From the NCBI GenBank assembly GCA_044226015.1, contig JBGAHS010000001.1, positions 1,152,001 through 1,216,000 of the forward strand: DNA of 64,000 nucleotides. Direction: 5' to 3'. Below are positions 1 through 9,265 of the stretch, in pieces (positions within the stretch are counted from its first letter, which is position 1; each line of letters opens with the position of its first letter). The notes under the pieces are model-generated. The model saw only the letters and a program-made list of their open reading frames with translations. It searched no databases and had not been told where the DNA came from. A program made the translations under genes and the position numbers. This DNA comes from Candidatus Obscuribacteraceae bacterium (lineage in GTDB: Bacteria > Cyanobacteriota > Vampirovibrionia > Obscuribacterales > Obscuribacteraceae).

Positions 1-342
1 GTACATATCTGGATGCTCTTTTTTGATCTCTAGATAGGTGCGACCTTCCCATTCGCCTACATTTTGTTCGTTGAGCTCAGGCAAAACTTGCGTTTCTAGA
101 CCGAGTTCTTTGCCGATTATCTCTGCTGTGCTTCGTACTCGCACAGCCGCGCTGGATAGCAGAATCGCAGGCGATTCTTTCTTCAACCACTGAGCCGCTT
201 CCGCCGCCTGTTTCTCTCCTCTTTCACTCAGTGTCGCGTTCATGTCGCAATAGAGCTTGCCTTGCTCTGTCTGTTGCGTATGTCCATGTCTGACAAAGAT
301 AACGCTTGTAATGAGTTCTTCTGGGTGCAGTGTTTCAGCCAA
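1..342 (-). CDS. Histidine phosphatase / phosphoglycerate mutase family protein (5' part; runs off window start)
   Basis: Manual translation from TTG at 342: MAETLHPEELITSVIFVRHGHT...LNEQNVGEWEG; RHG catalytic motif and LxE..G.WEG motif; absent from ORF track because truncated. Confidence 0.85.
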   Translation of the reverse strand, partial: MAETLHPEELITSVIFVRHGHTQQTEQGKLYCDMNATLSERGEKQAAEAAQWLKKESPAILLSSAAVRVRSTAEIIGKELGLETQVLPELNEQNVGEWEGRTYLEIKKEHPDMY

Positions 343-356
343 CGCAGTTCTTCCTA

Positions 357-1070
357 TTACATGCCGACTCTGACGGGGCGAGTTAATCCATAAACCGAGC
401 GAATTGCCAAAAGCTTTTGTACTTGTTCTTGTCCGAGTACCTGCTCGCCGCCTAGAAGATTCGCAACCAACAGCGTTTGCGCATAATGTTCGACTGTTTC
501 CATTTTGTAGAATGCATCCCAAATGTCTTTGCCGAGAGTGATAGCACCATGGTGGTCTAGCATAATTGCGTCATAGTCATTCAAGAATGGAGCAATGCTG
601 TTTGGAACTTCATCAGTGCTTGGTGTCGCATATGGTGCTGTTGGAATTGAGCCGAGAGTGCATAGAACCTCTGGCAATGTATTAGAAGTAAGCGACTTGC
701 CCGCTACTGTGAAGCCGACAGCCGTACAGGGATGCGCATGAACGATGGCGTTGATGTCAGGTCGCGTTTTGTACGCAATCAGGTGCATCGCAAGTTCTGT
801 CGAAAGCTTGTTACCCTGGCTTTGATAAATTGAGGGCATGAGGTTGCCGTCAAGGTCACACAGCAAAATTTCACTGGCTTTGATTCTTCCTTTGCAGGTG
901 CCGCTTGCCGTCGAAATCACGAGTCCACTTGAAAGACGAATACTGAGGTTGCCTTCAGTTCCGCAAGTATAGTTCCGCTGATACACAAGGCGACACACTT
1001 CGATGAGTTCTTGCCGCAAGGCCAATTCTTCCGGTTGAGAAAGCAATTCCACCGCGCTCCTGTTTGACAT
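357..1070 (-). CDS. Class II aldolase/adducin family protein (FucA/MtnB-like)
   Basis: EGNLS, STELAMH, HAHP, DHHG motifs; start moved to ATG at 1070 (MSNRSAVELL) because the upstream extension overlaps the divergent gene. Confidence 0.85.
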   Translation of the reverse strand: MSNRSAVELLSQPEELALRQELIEVCRLVYQRNYTCGTEGNLSIRLSSGLVISTASGTCKGRIKASEILLCDLDGNLMPSIYQSQGNKLSTELAMHLIAYKTRPDINAIVHAHPCTAVGFTVAGKSLTSNTLPEVLCTLGSIPTAPYATPSTDEVPNSIAPFLNDYDAIMLDHHGAITLGKDIWDAFYKMETVEHYAQTLLVANLLGGEQVLGQEQVQKLLAIRSVYGLTRPVRVGM

Positions 1071-1329
1071 GCTAATCCATTCTATCGGCAGAATTCGGTG
1101 GGGTATAGCTTTTCTGCTTGTGTGGCTTAATATTCCAGCGCTGGCTTCCAAAATGTTTGCAAACTCTTTGCTGTCAAGGAGCGCCGAAGTTAGCATTATT
1201 TCGTCCATATGGGTATACTTAAAAATGCGTAATCCAAAAAGTCTCGCGAAATGACGTAAATATGTAGGTTCAGAGATTTTTGACCGTTCTGAAAATTGGT
1301 TCGTTGTCAGTGGGTGAAGAGTAGGCGCA

Positions 1330-3516
1330 ATGCGCTGTCCGGAATGCCAAAAGCGAAATTCGGTTGCTGCATGGAAATGCAAATTTTGCGGCGCCAAATT
1401 CAAGCGTAAGACCATGTCTATGGGCAAGCGCGCTGTATTGTTTGCCGCGGGATTGCTTTTGGGCGGTGGCATCTATCTGGCGTTTGCGTTGCCGAAAATG
1501 GTTGACCCTGCCGAGCAGTTGATGTCGACAGCGAAGAAGGTTGCCAGCGGTCCGACATCACCGGAAGACGCAAAGAAATCAAAAGCAGATTTCGATGAAG
1601 CTGTTAGGAAGCTGCTCGTTAAATATGGCGACAGCAGTTTGACTGCACTCTCAGCGAGACTGAAGGGGTGTCTTCCGCCTAATGGACCTTTCGAAGTCAT
1701 GGTTGTTGAGCTGCCGAAAGCGCTGAAACTTGTTGAAGTAGACACAGTGCTGCAGGCGACAGATTTCCTTGTGATGAAGGGAACTAACGATACTCGAGTA
1801 ATTCCTCTACAAGGCTTTGAGGTCTATGACGACGCGCGCATAGTCAACGATCAAACAGGTTCGGTGATTGTGCTCTTGGGTCATAGCAGTGGACAATTGC
1901 CGCATCGACCGATCGTGAAGACTTATGCGCTTCTTCCCGACAATGTTGAAGACGACACATCATCCATGGTGCCATCAATTCTTGGTGATGGAACCGCGAA
2001 ATTTGGAAAAGACAGCACGGACATTTTCGTTGAACTATCTCTTCCGTCTATTGCTCTGGCAGAGAGAATAACGATTAACACCCAGCTTCCGCCTGAGCGA
2101 TTGGCGAAAATTAAATTGCAATGGAAAGATGCGAAGTATATTCCAACGATGGATTTTCCTTCAGATTTGCCATCTGCAATGGTGCTTCTTGCGCGCTCTC
2201 TGAAATATCCAGAGTTCGCTGGCTCAGTTACAGCTGCCTTTGGGGCTGAGGCTGGAAAGCTTATGAAAGAGCATTCGTCTAATGATTTTCAGGACATGGT
2301 GATTACCAAAAATCCTGACAAAAAGAAAACGAGTTCTTATACGATTGCATCCGGAACCAAGCGAATTGATCTTGAGTTGAAAAAGGCAGGAAATTACTGG
2401 CAGGTTGATTCATACAAGGTTAGTGTGCAGGCGGCACCAATTGCGGTGGCAACATCAACTAGCACGAGTACGAGCACTCCGGCGAACACAGGTGCCGACA
2501 CTACGGCAAGCAGCAGCAGCACTAGTTCTCAGAGTACATCGTCTTCTGGTTCTGTTAGCACTGTTGCTTCGTCTAGTTCCGAATCAAAGAGTGCTACTGT
2601 AGTTAGCACTCCAGACCCCAACGCCAAGCCTGCTGAAAACAAAAGCAATGCTGACCCAAGGCAAAAGAGTGGTCAGGAAATTCTTGCAGGACTCAGTCCC
2701 GCTAAAGCTGGGGCCAACGCCGCAGACCCAGGTAAAAATGGCAAGGCTGCTAGTTCCAGCTGGCTAGATGACCCCGCCGAGAAGACACCAGTGGCGGTGC
2801 TACCATCAAATAGCAAGAATGATAAGAAAGCTGCTGAAGAAAAAGCAGCACGTGAAAAAGCTGAAAAGGAAAAGCAAGAACGCGAGAAAGCTGACAAGAA
2901 GCAAAAGGAAAAGGCTGAGCGAGAGAAGGCTGAGAAAGAAAAAGCGGATAGAGAAAAAGCCGACAGAGAAAAAGCCGAACGGGAGAAAGCCCAGCAGGAA
3001 AAGGTTGAGTCTGTTTCCGTGTCATCTGCAAAAATTTCCGACACCCTTGGTACTGAGTCTGTGCGCATGAGGTCGGGTCCCGGCTTGGGCATGAAGACTC
3101 TTGATGAGATACCAAAGGGCAGGCAAATCCAGATTTTAGGCAAGACGCAGGGCTGGTATAAGGTCAGCTATGGCGGAAAAGTTGGCTACGTATATGCTCC
3201 GCTGGTTGACACTAGCGGCAAGTCAAGTGCTGCGCCTCCGAGCGAACCAAAAGTAACCAGGAACACAACAGCTCCTAACACCGCTGTGCCGGCTGATAGT
3301 GGAGGTAGTGGCTCGGTTGTCGTGCGCCCGATGAATGTTCGTGACGAAAACCGACGAGTATTAACAACAGTACAGCCAGGACAGCGTGTTCAGGTGATTG
3401 GCGGGTTAGTCAACAACCGTTACAAGATTCGCTTGCAGGACGGAACCGTAGGCTACGTCAACAAAGAGGCGATCAGAAATGCCAAAGTTGAAAGCCCTCC
3501 TGAGTTCGTGCCCTAG
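1330..3516 (+). CDS. Membrane-anchored SH3b-domain protein (N-terminal zinc ribbon, TM helix, Ser/Thr linker, EKA-rich coil, two SH3b-like domains)
   Basis: CPEC..CKFC, hydrophobic segment, EKAEKEK repeats, VRMRSGPG...GWYKVSYGGKVGYV and a second GYV-ending domain. Confidence 0.75.
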   Translation: MRCPECQKRNSVAAWKCKFCGAKFKRKTMSMGKRAVLFAAGLLLGGGIYLAFALPKMVDPAEQLMSTAKKVASGPTSPEDAKKSKADFDEAVRKLLVKYGDSSLTALSARLKGCLPPNGPFEVMVVELPKALKLVEVDTVLQATDFLVMKGTNDTRVIPLQGFEVYDDARIVNDQTGSVIVLLGHSSGQLPHRPIVKTYALLPDNVEDDTSSMVPSILGDGTAKFGKDSTDIFVELSLPSIALAERITINTQLPPERLAKIKLQWKDAKYIPTMDFPSDLPSAMVLLARSLKYPEFAGSVTAAFGAEAGKLMKEHSSNDFQDMVITKNPDKKKTSSYTIASGTKRIDLELKKAGNYWQVDSYKVSVQAAPIAVATSTSTSTSTPANTGADTTASSSSTSSQSTSSSGSVSTVASSSSESKSATVVSTPDPNAKPAENKSNADPRQKSGQEILAGLSPAKAGANAADPGKNGKAASSSWLDDPAEKTPVAVLPSNSKNDKKAAEEKAAREKAEKEKQEREKADKKQKEKAEREKAEKEKADREKADREKAEREKAQQEKVESVSVSSAKISDTLGTESVRMRSGPGLGMKTLDEIPKGRQIQILGKTQGWYKVSYGGKVGYVYAPLVDTSGKSSAAPPSEPKVTRNTTAPNTAVPADSGGSGSVVVRPMNVRDENRRVLTTVQPGQRVQVIGGLVNNRYKIRLQDGTVGYVNKEAIRNAKVESPPEFVP

Positions 3517-3576
3517 CGAGCAACCAAACTCCGTGTTATATTAGTTTTCCGCCTTGTGGTCTTGACCACGGCATCT

Positions 3577-3650
3577 CGGGACGTAGCGCAGCTTGGTAGC
3601 GCGGTTGCTTTGGGAGCAATAGGTCGCAGGTTCAAATCCTGTCGTCCCGA
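3577..3650 (+). tRNA. tRNA-Pro(TGG), no encoded CCA; prophage integration target
   Basis: CGGGACG/CGTCCCG acceptor stem, D arm, anticodon stem GTTGC/GCAAT around loop TTTGGGA, GGTTCAAATCC T arm. Confidence 0.97.
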
Positions 3651-3653
3651 TTC
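3627..3653 (+). repeat. attL core CAGGTTCAAATCCTGTCGTCCCGATTC
   Basis: Identical 27-mer at 44887..44913; covers the tRNA T arm and 3' end. Confidence 0.95.
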
Positions 3654-3755
3654 AAAAACCAGACGTAGTGCGGAAGTTGGAGCACAGATATTAGATGAAA
3701 TTGGTTTTTATATCAAGACCTTATTCAACACAAATATCTGATATAAACTGGAGGC

Positions 3756-4034
3756 ATGTTATACGTGATTGATAATGCTGCAAGGAAATCTATTCCTGGG
3801 CGAGATGCCAATCTGCCTCCGTATATTGTGCAGAGAATGAAGGCGTTGGAAGTGAAACCGACGCTGTCTCAGCTTGCGCTTATGACAGGCATAAAAATTA
3901 TGACATTGCAGACCAACCTCGCTGGCGCAACAGCGATGAAGTTGCCAAATGCTTATAAGCTTGCCAAATCCTTGGATATATCGTTGAGTGAACTTGTCGA
4001 GAATGTTCCGTTCCTAGCCGAAGACCAAGAGTAA
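3756..4034 (+). CDS. XRE/Cro-like helix-turn-helix regulator
   Basis: TLSQLALMTGI...LPNAYKLAKSLDISLSELV pattern; GGAGG RBS directly upstream. Confidence 0.75.
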   Translation: MLYVIDNAARKSIPGRDANLPPYIVQRMKALEVKPTLSQLALMTGIKIMTLQTNLAGATAMKLPNAYKLAKSLDISLSELVENVPFLAEDQE

Positions 4035-4045
4035 GGAATCAATTT

Positions 4046-4381
4046 TTGAAGTGGCTGGCCAGCTTTAGTTGCTTGATAGTCTGGGGCTTGGCAGCAATAA
4101 CCAATAAAAGAGCAGTGACACTGCTCAAGTCCTTTGAGGACGGTTTCCCACCTGATGTCCTTGAAGGACCTTTCGGACAACAGTTTGTCTCGATGGGAAA
4201 CGCTAAGTGTTTATATGATAACTATGTCTCTGATAATCCTTCACCGAATGCAGAGCAAAAAAAGATCATTGCTTTGTATCAGAGATTTCTCCTTTTACAA
4301 AGAGTTCTTTGGTTTCGAGCTTTGTTCGAATGTTCCAAATGGGTCATCAGTTGTTGGGTTATAGCCATTTTGTTGATGTAA
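4046..4381 (+). CDS. Small membrane protein (hydrophobic N- and C-termini)
   Basis: ORF follows the HTH gene with an AAGGA RBS; two hydrophobic segments. Confidence 0.5.
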   Translation: MKWLASFSCLIVWGLAAITNKRAVTLLKSFEDGFPPDVLEGPFGQQFVSMGNAKCLYDNYVSDNPSPNAEQKKIIALYQRFLLLQRVLWFRALFECSKWVISCWVIAILLM

Positions 4382-4393
4382 GGTTTTCAAGAG

Positions 4394-4422
4394 TTGCGCT
4401 AAATTACAATTTCTTGTAAATT
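4394..4422 (+). promoter_or_regulatory. Putative sigma70 early promoter with palindromic operator in the spacer
   Basis: TTGCGC-17 bp-TAAATT; TTACAA-tttc-TTGTAA palindrome at 4404..4419. Confidence 0.5.
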
Positions 4423-4567
4423 ATCCTTCGTCGGAAGATTAAAAACCGGCAGCAATTAATATTCACTGCATTTTGCGGTGAAGAAAATAGCAAAAAGTAA
4501 GCAAGGGCTCTCGTGTGAGCACCGGCAGTAGTATCACGTTCGTTATTTTATAACTAGAAATGTAGAG

Positions 4568-4798
4568 GTGCTTGTGTCAGACAAGCCTGTTTTGTCGCGT
4601 GCTTTTGCTGAACTTTGGTTGTGTGAAGAACACAAAGATACGAAATTTCCTAATCAAATCACTGTTCGTGCTCTAACTGATTATGAGTTGGAGCAGTACC
4701 GCTCATGCAAGCTGACAGGACCAAGAGGGTCGGCGGTTATGTGTGAAAATAGAGCCAGTCACTGGGCCGTTGTGCCTATCGAAATAACCCTAGCTTAG
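4568..4798 (+). CDS. Phage hypothetical protein (Cys/His residues)
   Basis: ORF with a GAGG RBS-like sequence at the start of the early operon. Confidence 0.5.
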   Translation: MLVSDKPVLSRAFAELWLCEEHKDTKFPNQITVRALTDYELEQYRSCKLTGPRGSAVMCENRASHWAVVPIEITLA

Positions 4799-4803
4799 GG
4801 ATG

Positions 4804-4848
4804 CTTGCGAGAAGGAGATCGATTCGTCTCCGGTCTCTTTCTCGCAGG
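4804..4848 (+). terminator. 18-bp RNA hairpin (attenuator, terminator or processing site)
   Basis: 4804..4821 pairs with 4831..4848 using three G-U pairs valid only on the + strand. Confidence 0.55.
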
Positions 4849-4870
4849 TATCACTTGTGCTGGAGGAACA

Positions 4871-5113
4871 ATGGACAACGGTGGCTTGATTTTCGGTCAA
4901 GGTCGAAACATTACAGATAATTGGAGCCTTCTTTCAAAGAAAGAGAATTCGCGCTTCGTACTGTTCTACGTACCAGGCTGGCGCGATGACTTTATTTCAA
5001 AGTTCGCTCTAAAAGATCTGCGAGATTTCGCATCTGCAATCGATAAAGCCATCAAGCATCTTGAGCGGGTTGAACAGTCTTTTGAAACTAGAGATGGAGC
5101 ACATCATGGATGA
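4871..5113 (+). CDS. Phage hypothetical protein
   Basis: GGAGG RBS then ATG at 4871 (shorter than the track ORF, whose 5' part overlaps the hairpin). Confidence 0.55.
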   Translation: MDNGGLIFGQGRNITDNWSLLSKKENSRFVLFYVPGWRDDFISKFALKDLRDFASAIDKAIKHLERVEQSFETRDGAHHG

Positions 5114-5398
5114 GGGTGCGACCTGGGTTGGATTTTTCGTTGCTGCATTCTGGCTCGCAGCAGCTTATGAGGAATTGAAATGCAAATTCGACAGACACTC
5201 AGCGACAAAGCTTGGAGAGAAAACTGGAGAAGAAATAACAGATCGGCTCTGAGAGCTAAGTACGAGACTGATCCTGTTGAAGCCGAAGCTTGGGACGCTG
5301 TGAGATTCGCTCTGCGCACCGCATTTGGTGACGAGCAATTAGAAACTATACCTCTGGTGGCTTACCAGGGGACTAGCAAACTTGATTAAGGAGTAAAA

Positions 5399-6649
5399 AT
5401 GGAAACATCACCACAATTACCAGCGGTAATTCCGCAAACGGGCGCGGTTTTAGCACTGCCTGACACAGTCGCATTCATGCCGGTTTTGTCGCCGGTGGAG
5501 ATGCTGGCACGCAGGAAAGAACTAATTGAGGTAGTAAAAAACATCCTCAAAGATGGCGAACACTTTGGAAAAACGCCCGGAACAAACAAGCCCTCGCTAT
5601 TCAAGCCAGGTGCTGAAATTCTCAATCAATATTTTGGGCTTTATGCTGAGTTCGAAGTCACTAGCCGTGTTGAAAAATGGGAACCAAAACCAGAGCTATT
5701 TGATTACGAGTTCAAATGCACCATCCGATCAAAACGTGATCAAGTGAAGGTCTCAGAAGGTGTCGGAAGCTGCAACAGCTATGAGTCTAGATACAGATAT
5801 AGAGACGCAAAGCGCAGCTGTCCTGGTTGCGGAAGAGTTGGAACCATTATCAAAGGTAAGGAGGAATTTGGCGGCGGGTGGGTCTGCTGGGCGAAGGATC
5901 AAACTAATTGCTGCAAGGCTAAATTCAAAGACAATGATCCTTCCATTGTGGGACAGGCTCTAGGAAAAGTCGACAATGAAGATATCGCTTCTTTGAAGAA
6001 TACAATCCTGAAGATGGCCGCCAAGCGCGCATACGTTGATGCCACGTTGAAAGCTACTGGTGCATCCGAAATCTTCACTCAGGACACAGAGGACTTGCCC
6101 TTTCAAGTTGAAATAATCACTGCAGAAGTCGTTGAAGTCGCTGCACAAAAGCAAAATGAGCAACGTGAGGCGGCTCGGGGAGCCAAATCTGAACCACAAC
6201 AAGATTTCTCTCCCACTGCTGATCGTATTCCAAGTCAGCAGGAAGTAGCTGAAAAAAAGTCGGAATCTGTGACCAATGCAAGCCAAGGCAAGGAACAAGG
6301 CACCGCTGCATCTCCTGCCAAGCAAAATGCGCCTGCCAGTACTGCTACTCAAGCGCCGGCCCAGAACAAACCGGGCAGCACTGGTGGAGCTAACAAAGTC
6401 ACAAGAGAAGAAATGGGAAAACTGCTTGCTGCTGGCGAGAAGAACGGCTGGAAGCAAATAGATATTTCAAATTTCGTTTGCTTCGCATTCAAGATGGATC
6501 CAAAAACAATCGCTCAAAAATTCACCCAGGAGCAATACAAGATCGCCCTTGGTCTTTTGTCGCACGAAAAGAACGCGAACGGCAGAGTCCTTGTAAATGC
6601 AAAGGGCGCTTCGTTGCCCTTAGAGCACCAATGGCCGCCTAAGCAATAA
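5399..6649 (+). CDS. Putative phage single-strand annealing/recombination protein with Cys-rich insert
   Basis: KPSLFKPGAE, GVGSCNSYE, NTILKMAAKRAYVDA, SEIFTQD motifs seen in phage recombination-module proteins; low-complexity linker; AAGGAG RBS. Confidence 0.55.
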   Translation: METSPQLPAVIPQTGAVLALPDTVAFMPVLSPVEMLARRKELIEVVKNILKDGEHFGKTPGTNKPSLFKPGAEILNQYFGLYAEFEVTSRVEKWEPKPELFDYEFKCTIRSKRDQVKVSEGVGSCNSYESRYRYRDAKRSCPGCGRVGTIIKGKEEFGGGWVCWAKDQTNCCKAKFKDNDPSIVGQALGKVDNEDIASLKNTILKMAAKRAYVDATLKATGASEIFTQDTEDLPFQVEIITAEVVEVAAQKQNEQREAARGAKSEPQQDFSPTADRIPSQQEVAEKKSESVTNASQGKEQGTAASPAKQNAPASTATQAPAQNKPGSTGGANKVTREEMGKLLAAGEKNGWKQIDISNFVCFAFKMDPKTIAQKFTQEQYKIALGLLSHEKNANGRVLVNAKGASLPLEHQWPPKQ

Positions 6650-6684
6650 CTTGAAATCACAATTTTGAAACTAGAGGACGATAA

Positions 6685-8763
6685 ATGATACCCGAAGAAC
6701 AAAAAGAATCGATTAGCCAGGAGGATTACGAAGCCACCTGGGCGACAATCGAGCAGACCGCGAAGGAAGAAGATCCCGCGGCTTTTGAAGATATTTTTGC
6801 TCAGTTTGCTGATGATTATGAAATTGCCCCGGAAGGTGATTCTGAGCCTGCTCCCGAGGCACCTGAGAGTGGTTCACCTGAAATTCGTGTGGGTGAAGAT
6901 CCCATTCATCCTGGCAAGTTTGCAATATTTGCAAATGGTCAAATAGTTGAGCAATTTTTTCCGACTCGTGAAGACGCTGAAGCGATGCTTGGTGACTGGG
7001 AAGAGTTCTATAGCGAGTCAAGCAATGCAGGTAACCCGTATACACTGACCCCGGTCTCTTCAGTCGAACCAGAGAAGAATCTGGATTATTATTTCGCTCT
7101 GATTCCTGACGCTCATAATCTCAAGAGAAAAATAGATTCAAGCCTGCCTTTGACTGCACGAGTTGCCGTCATTCAAGATCCATATCATGTTGACGAATGG
7201 GCAATTACACTCGATGGAGAAATTGTCGAACAACACTTTCCTACGCTTGTTTTTGCTGAACAAAGATACCTTGAATGGGAGCAGTACGCGAGAGAGAACC
7301 CTGCTTCCGATCCTGACGAGCTACTCGATCCTGAGCCTGTGCAGAAGAAGCCGAAAGCAATGTGCGCCATTTGCGGTGTCGTCTCCGTCAACAAAAACAG
7401 TCCGATTCTGAATGGGGAAAAGGTCTGCAAAAAATGTAGTATCGATTCTCAGTCTGTTGCGCAGGAGTCTGAAACCTCACAAGAGATCCCAGAGTCCACT
7501 GAACCGAATGGTGAAGGCTTCATAGCATATGCTGAGGAAGCTGATGTTATTTGGGGCTTGGGCGATTCAATATCTGCTGCTGAAGAGGACGCTCGTCAGA
7601 GCTGGAAGGAATTCTACAATCGCCTTCCAGAAGATCACGAAATCAAGACGGTTCGTGCTTCTGCATGTCTGTGTGACATGGTTCGAACTTGGGGCGGTGA
7701 ACTAAGCAACCAGGGCGACTGGACAATCACCAACGGGAAGGCAAACTTCGTAGAAGTTGATGAAGAAGTACTGAAAATCCGAAGAGCGCCTTTTATTGCT
7801 TTTGAGAACGAAGGCGAGTTCATTTTCGCGAATGGACCGACAGAGCAAATAGCAATCTATGAAGCAAAGAAATACATTGAAGCTGAAGATTATCTTGTAA
7901 CTGGTGAAATCAGAGCCGCCAAGATCTCGGAAGCTTTATACGACGATTGGATCGAAGATCGTCCGCTTCAGTGGAGGCTTGATTCAGAAGGTGTCGCTCG
8001 CCGCATTGACGAACCACAGATGCAAATCCAGCCTTGTTCGGCTACGTGTCCGCAGGATTGTACCAACCATCAACAGATGCAAATCCAGGAACAAACACCA
8101 GCGGAAACCGTAAAGACCGAAGCTGGGTTAATCGATCCTGATACGGGAGAGGTTATTGATCCCAGCCTCATCTATCGGAAATTCGGTTGGACAGAATTGC
8201 CTGTTCTTTCAAAACTTCCCTCAAAAGAAGAGATTGCAGAGTTCAAAGGCAAACTCGACCAGGTCGCGGATCTCATGCTGACATACTCGGAGAAGGTTGA
8301 GCGCTGGACCGCCGCTAATGAGCTTCGCTGTAAGCCTCTGGTGAAAGCCATTGAGTTTTACCAGACTCAATTCATCGAACCCATGAGCAGAATGGTTGGA
8401 CCTTACGGACTGCCCACCTATCAGAGCGGTAAGAAGAAAGGGCAATATTCTGCAAAATCAATGGTGTTGCCGTCTGGCGTTATCTCATTCATTGCCAGTG
8501 GTGGCGCTTTCGTTCACGATTCTGCCCTTGTCAAAAAACACATCGAAGAGAAGGGGATCGGCATGTTCGAAGCTATTGGCGCTGAGCGAGTGATCAAATA
8601 CGACCACAATAAGCTCATCTCGGCATTGAACAATGGAACGCTCCAATCTAAAGACATTCCTGGCACGGGGGTTAAGCCAAAGAACGAGTTCGCAAAGGTG
8701 TCTGTAGCTTCACCGAAGCGCACAGCTTCGCAAGTTGAGGAGCAGGCAAATGGCGAAGACTGA
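6685..8763 (+). CDS. Large acidic multidomain protein with C-terminal Gam/Gp157-like region
   Basis: Internal duplicated domains, CxxC...CxxC, DPDTGEV motif, helical region then KSMVLPSGVISF resembling Mu Gam. Confidence 0.5.
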   Translation: MIPEEQKESISQEDYEATWATIEQTAKEEDPAAFEDIFAQFADDYEIAPEGDSEPAPEAPESGSPEIRVGEDPIHPGKFAIFANGQIVEQFFPTREDAEAMLGDWEEFYSESSNAGNPYTLTPVSSVEPEKNLDYYFALIPDAHNLKRKIDSSLPLTARVAVIQDPYHVDEWAITLDGEIVEQHFPTLVFAEQRYLEWEQYARENPASDPDELLDPEPVQKKPKAMCAICGVVSVNKNSPILNGEKVCKKCSIDSQSVAQESETSQEIPESTEPNGEGFIAYAEEADVIWGLGDSISAAEEDARQSWKEFYNRLPEDHEIKTVRASACLCDMVRTWGGELSNQGDWTITNGKANFVEVDEEVLKIRRAPFIAFENEGEFIFANGPTEQIAIYEAKKYIEAEDYLVTGEIRAAKISEALYDDWIEDRPLQWRLDSEGVARRIDEPQMQIQPCSATCPQDCTNHQQMQIQEQTPAETVKTEAGLIDPDTGEVIDPSLIYRKFGWTELPVLSKLPSKEEIAEFKGKLDQVADLMLTYSEKVERWTAANELRCKPLVKAIEFYQTQFIEPMSRMVGPYGLPTYQSGKKKGQYSAKSMVLPSGVISFIASGGAFVHDSALVKKHIEEKGIGMFEAIGAERVIKYDHNKLISALNNGTLQSKDIPGTGVKPKNEFAKVSVASPKRTASQVEEQANGED

Positions 8764-9214
8764 TAAGGAAATCGAAGCTGAGGCAAAACTCGCTGTAAAC
8801 GGAGTTATTCGCACTCACAAAAAAATGGCAGTTGAAAAACTTCGCCCAGAAATTAGAAAGGCTTTTCCTTTCGGTCCCACAGCTTCGGCTCGTGAAAAGC
8901 GCATCTGGGAAGACACTGTAAAACTCGCCCTGGACGAAATGTCTCGATGGCCGCAAACGCTTCCAATCATTTTGCTGGTAGCACTCACCCTAACAACACA
9001 ACCTGCGGTTTGCGATTCGTTCAAAAAAGACGGCAAGCAATGGTATGTCGTGACCGATGACGGCTCCATGCACATGAGCGTGGCACCAAATGAAGTGCCA
9101 CTTAAAACACGCGCTACTCATGGTGCCAAGGTGGCAGGAAAGTGGCTCTGGCTCGGATTCAAGACGCTCGGACAGAAGGCTAGCCGCTCCAACATAATTT
9201 TCATTTTTAACTAA
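8750..9214 (+). CDS. Phage hypothetical protein with central hydrophobic segment
   Basis: ATG overlapping the end of the upstream gene; LPIILLVALTLTT segment. Confidence 0.5.
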   Translation: MAKTDKEIEAEAKLAVNGVIRTHKKMAVEKLRPEIRKAFPFGPTASAREKRIWEDTVKLALDEMSRWPQTLPIILLVALTLTTQPAVCDSFKKDGKQWYVVTDDGSMHMSVAPNEVPLKTRATHGAKVAGKWLWLGFKTLGQKASRSNIIFIFN

Positions 9215-9265
9215 GAGCGCTCGTGCTCGAAATTTTGGTGCCAATAACTAAACAGGAGAAATATA

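Noticed and set aside
1071..1472. N-terminal extension of the aldolase ORF in the track
   Set aside because: Overlaps the divergent gene and intergenic region; aldolase similarity begins only near 1070.
3556..3741. 61-aa ORF
   Set aside because: Runs across the tRNA and attL; spurious.
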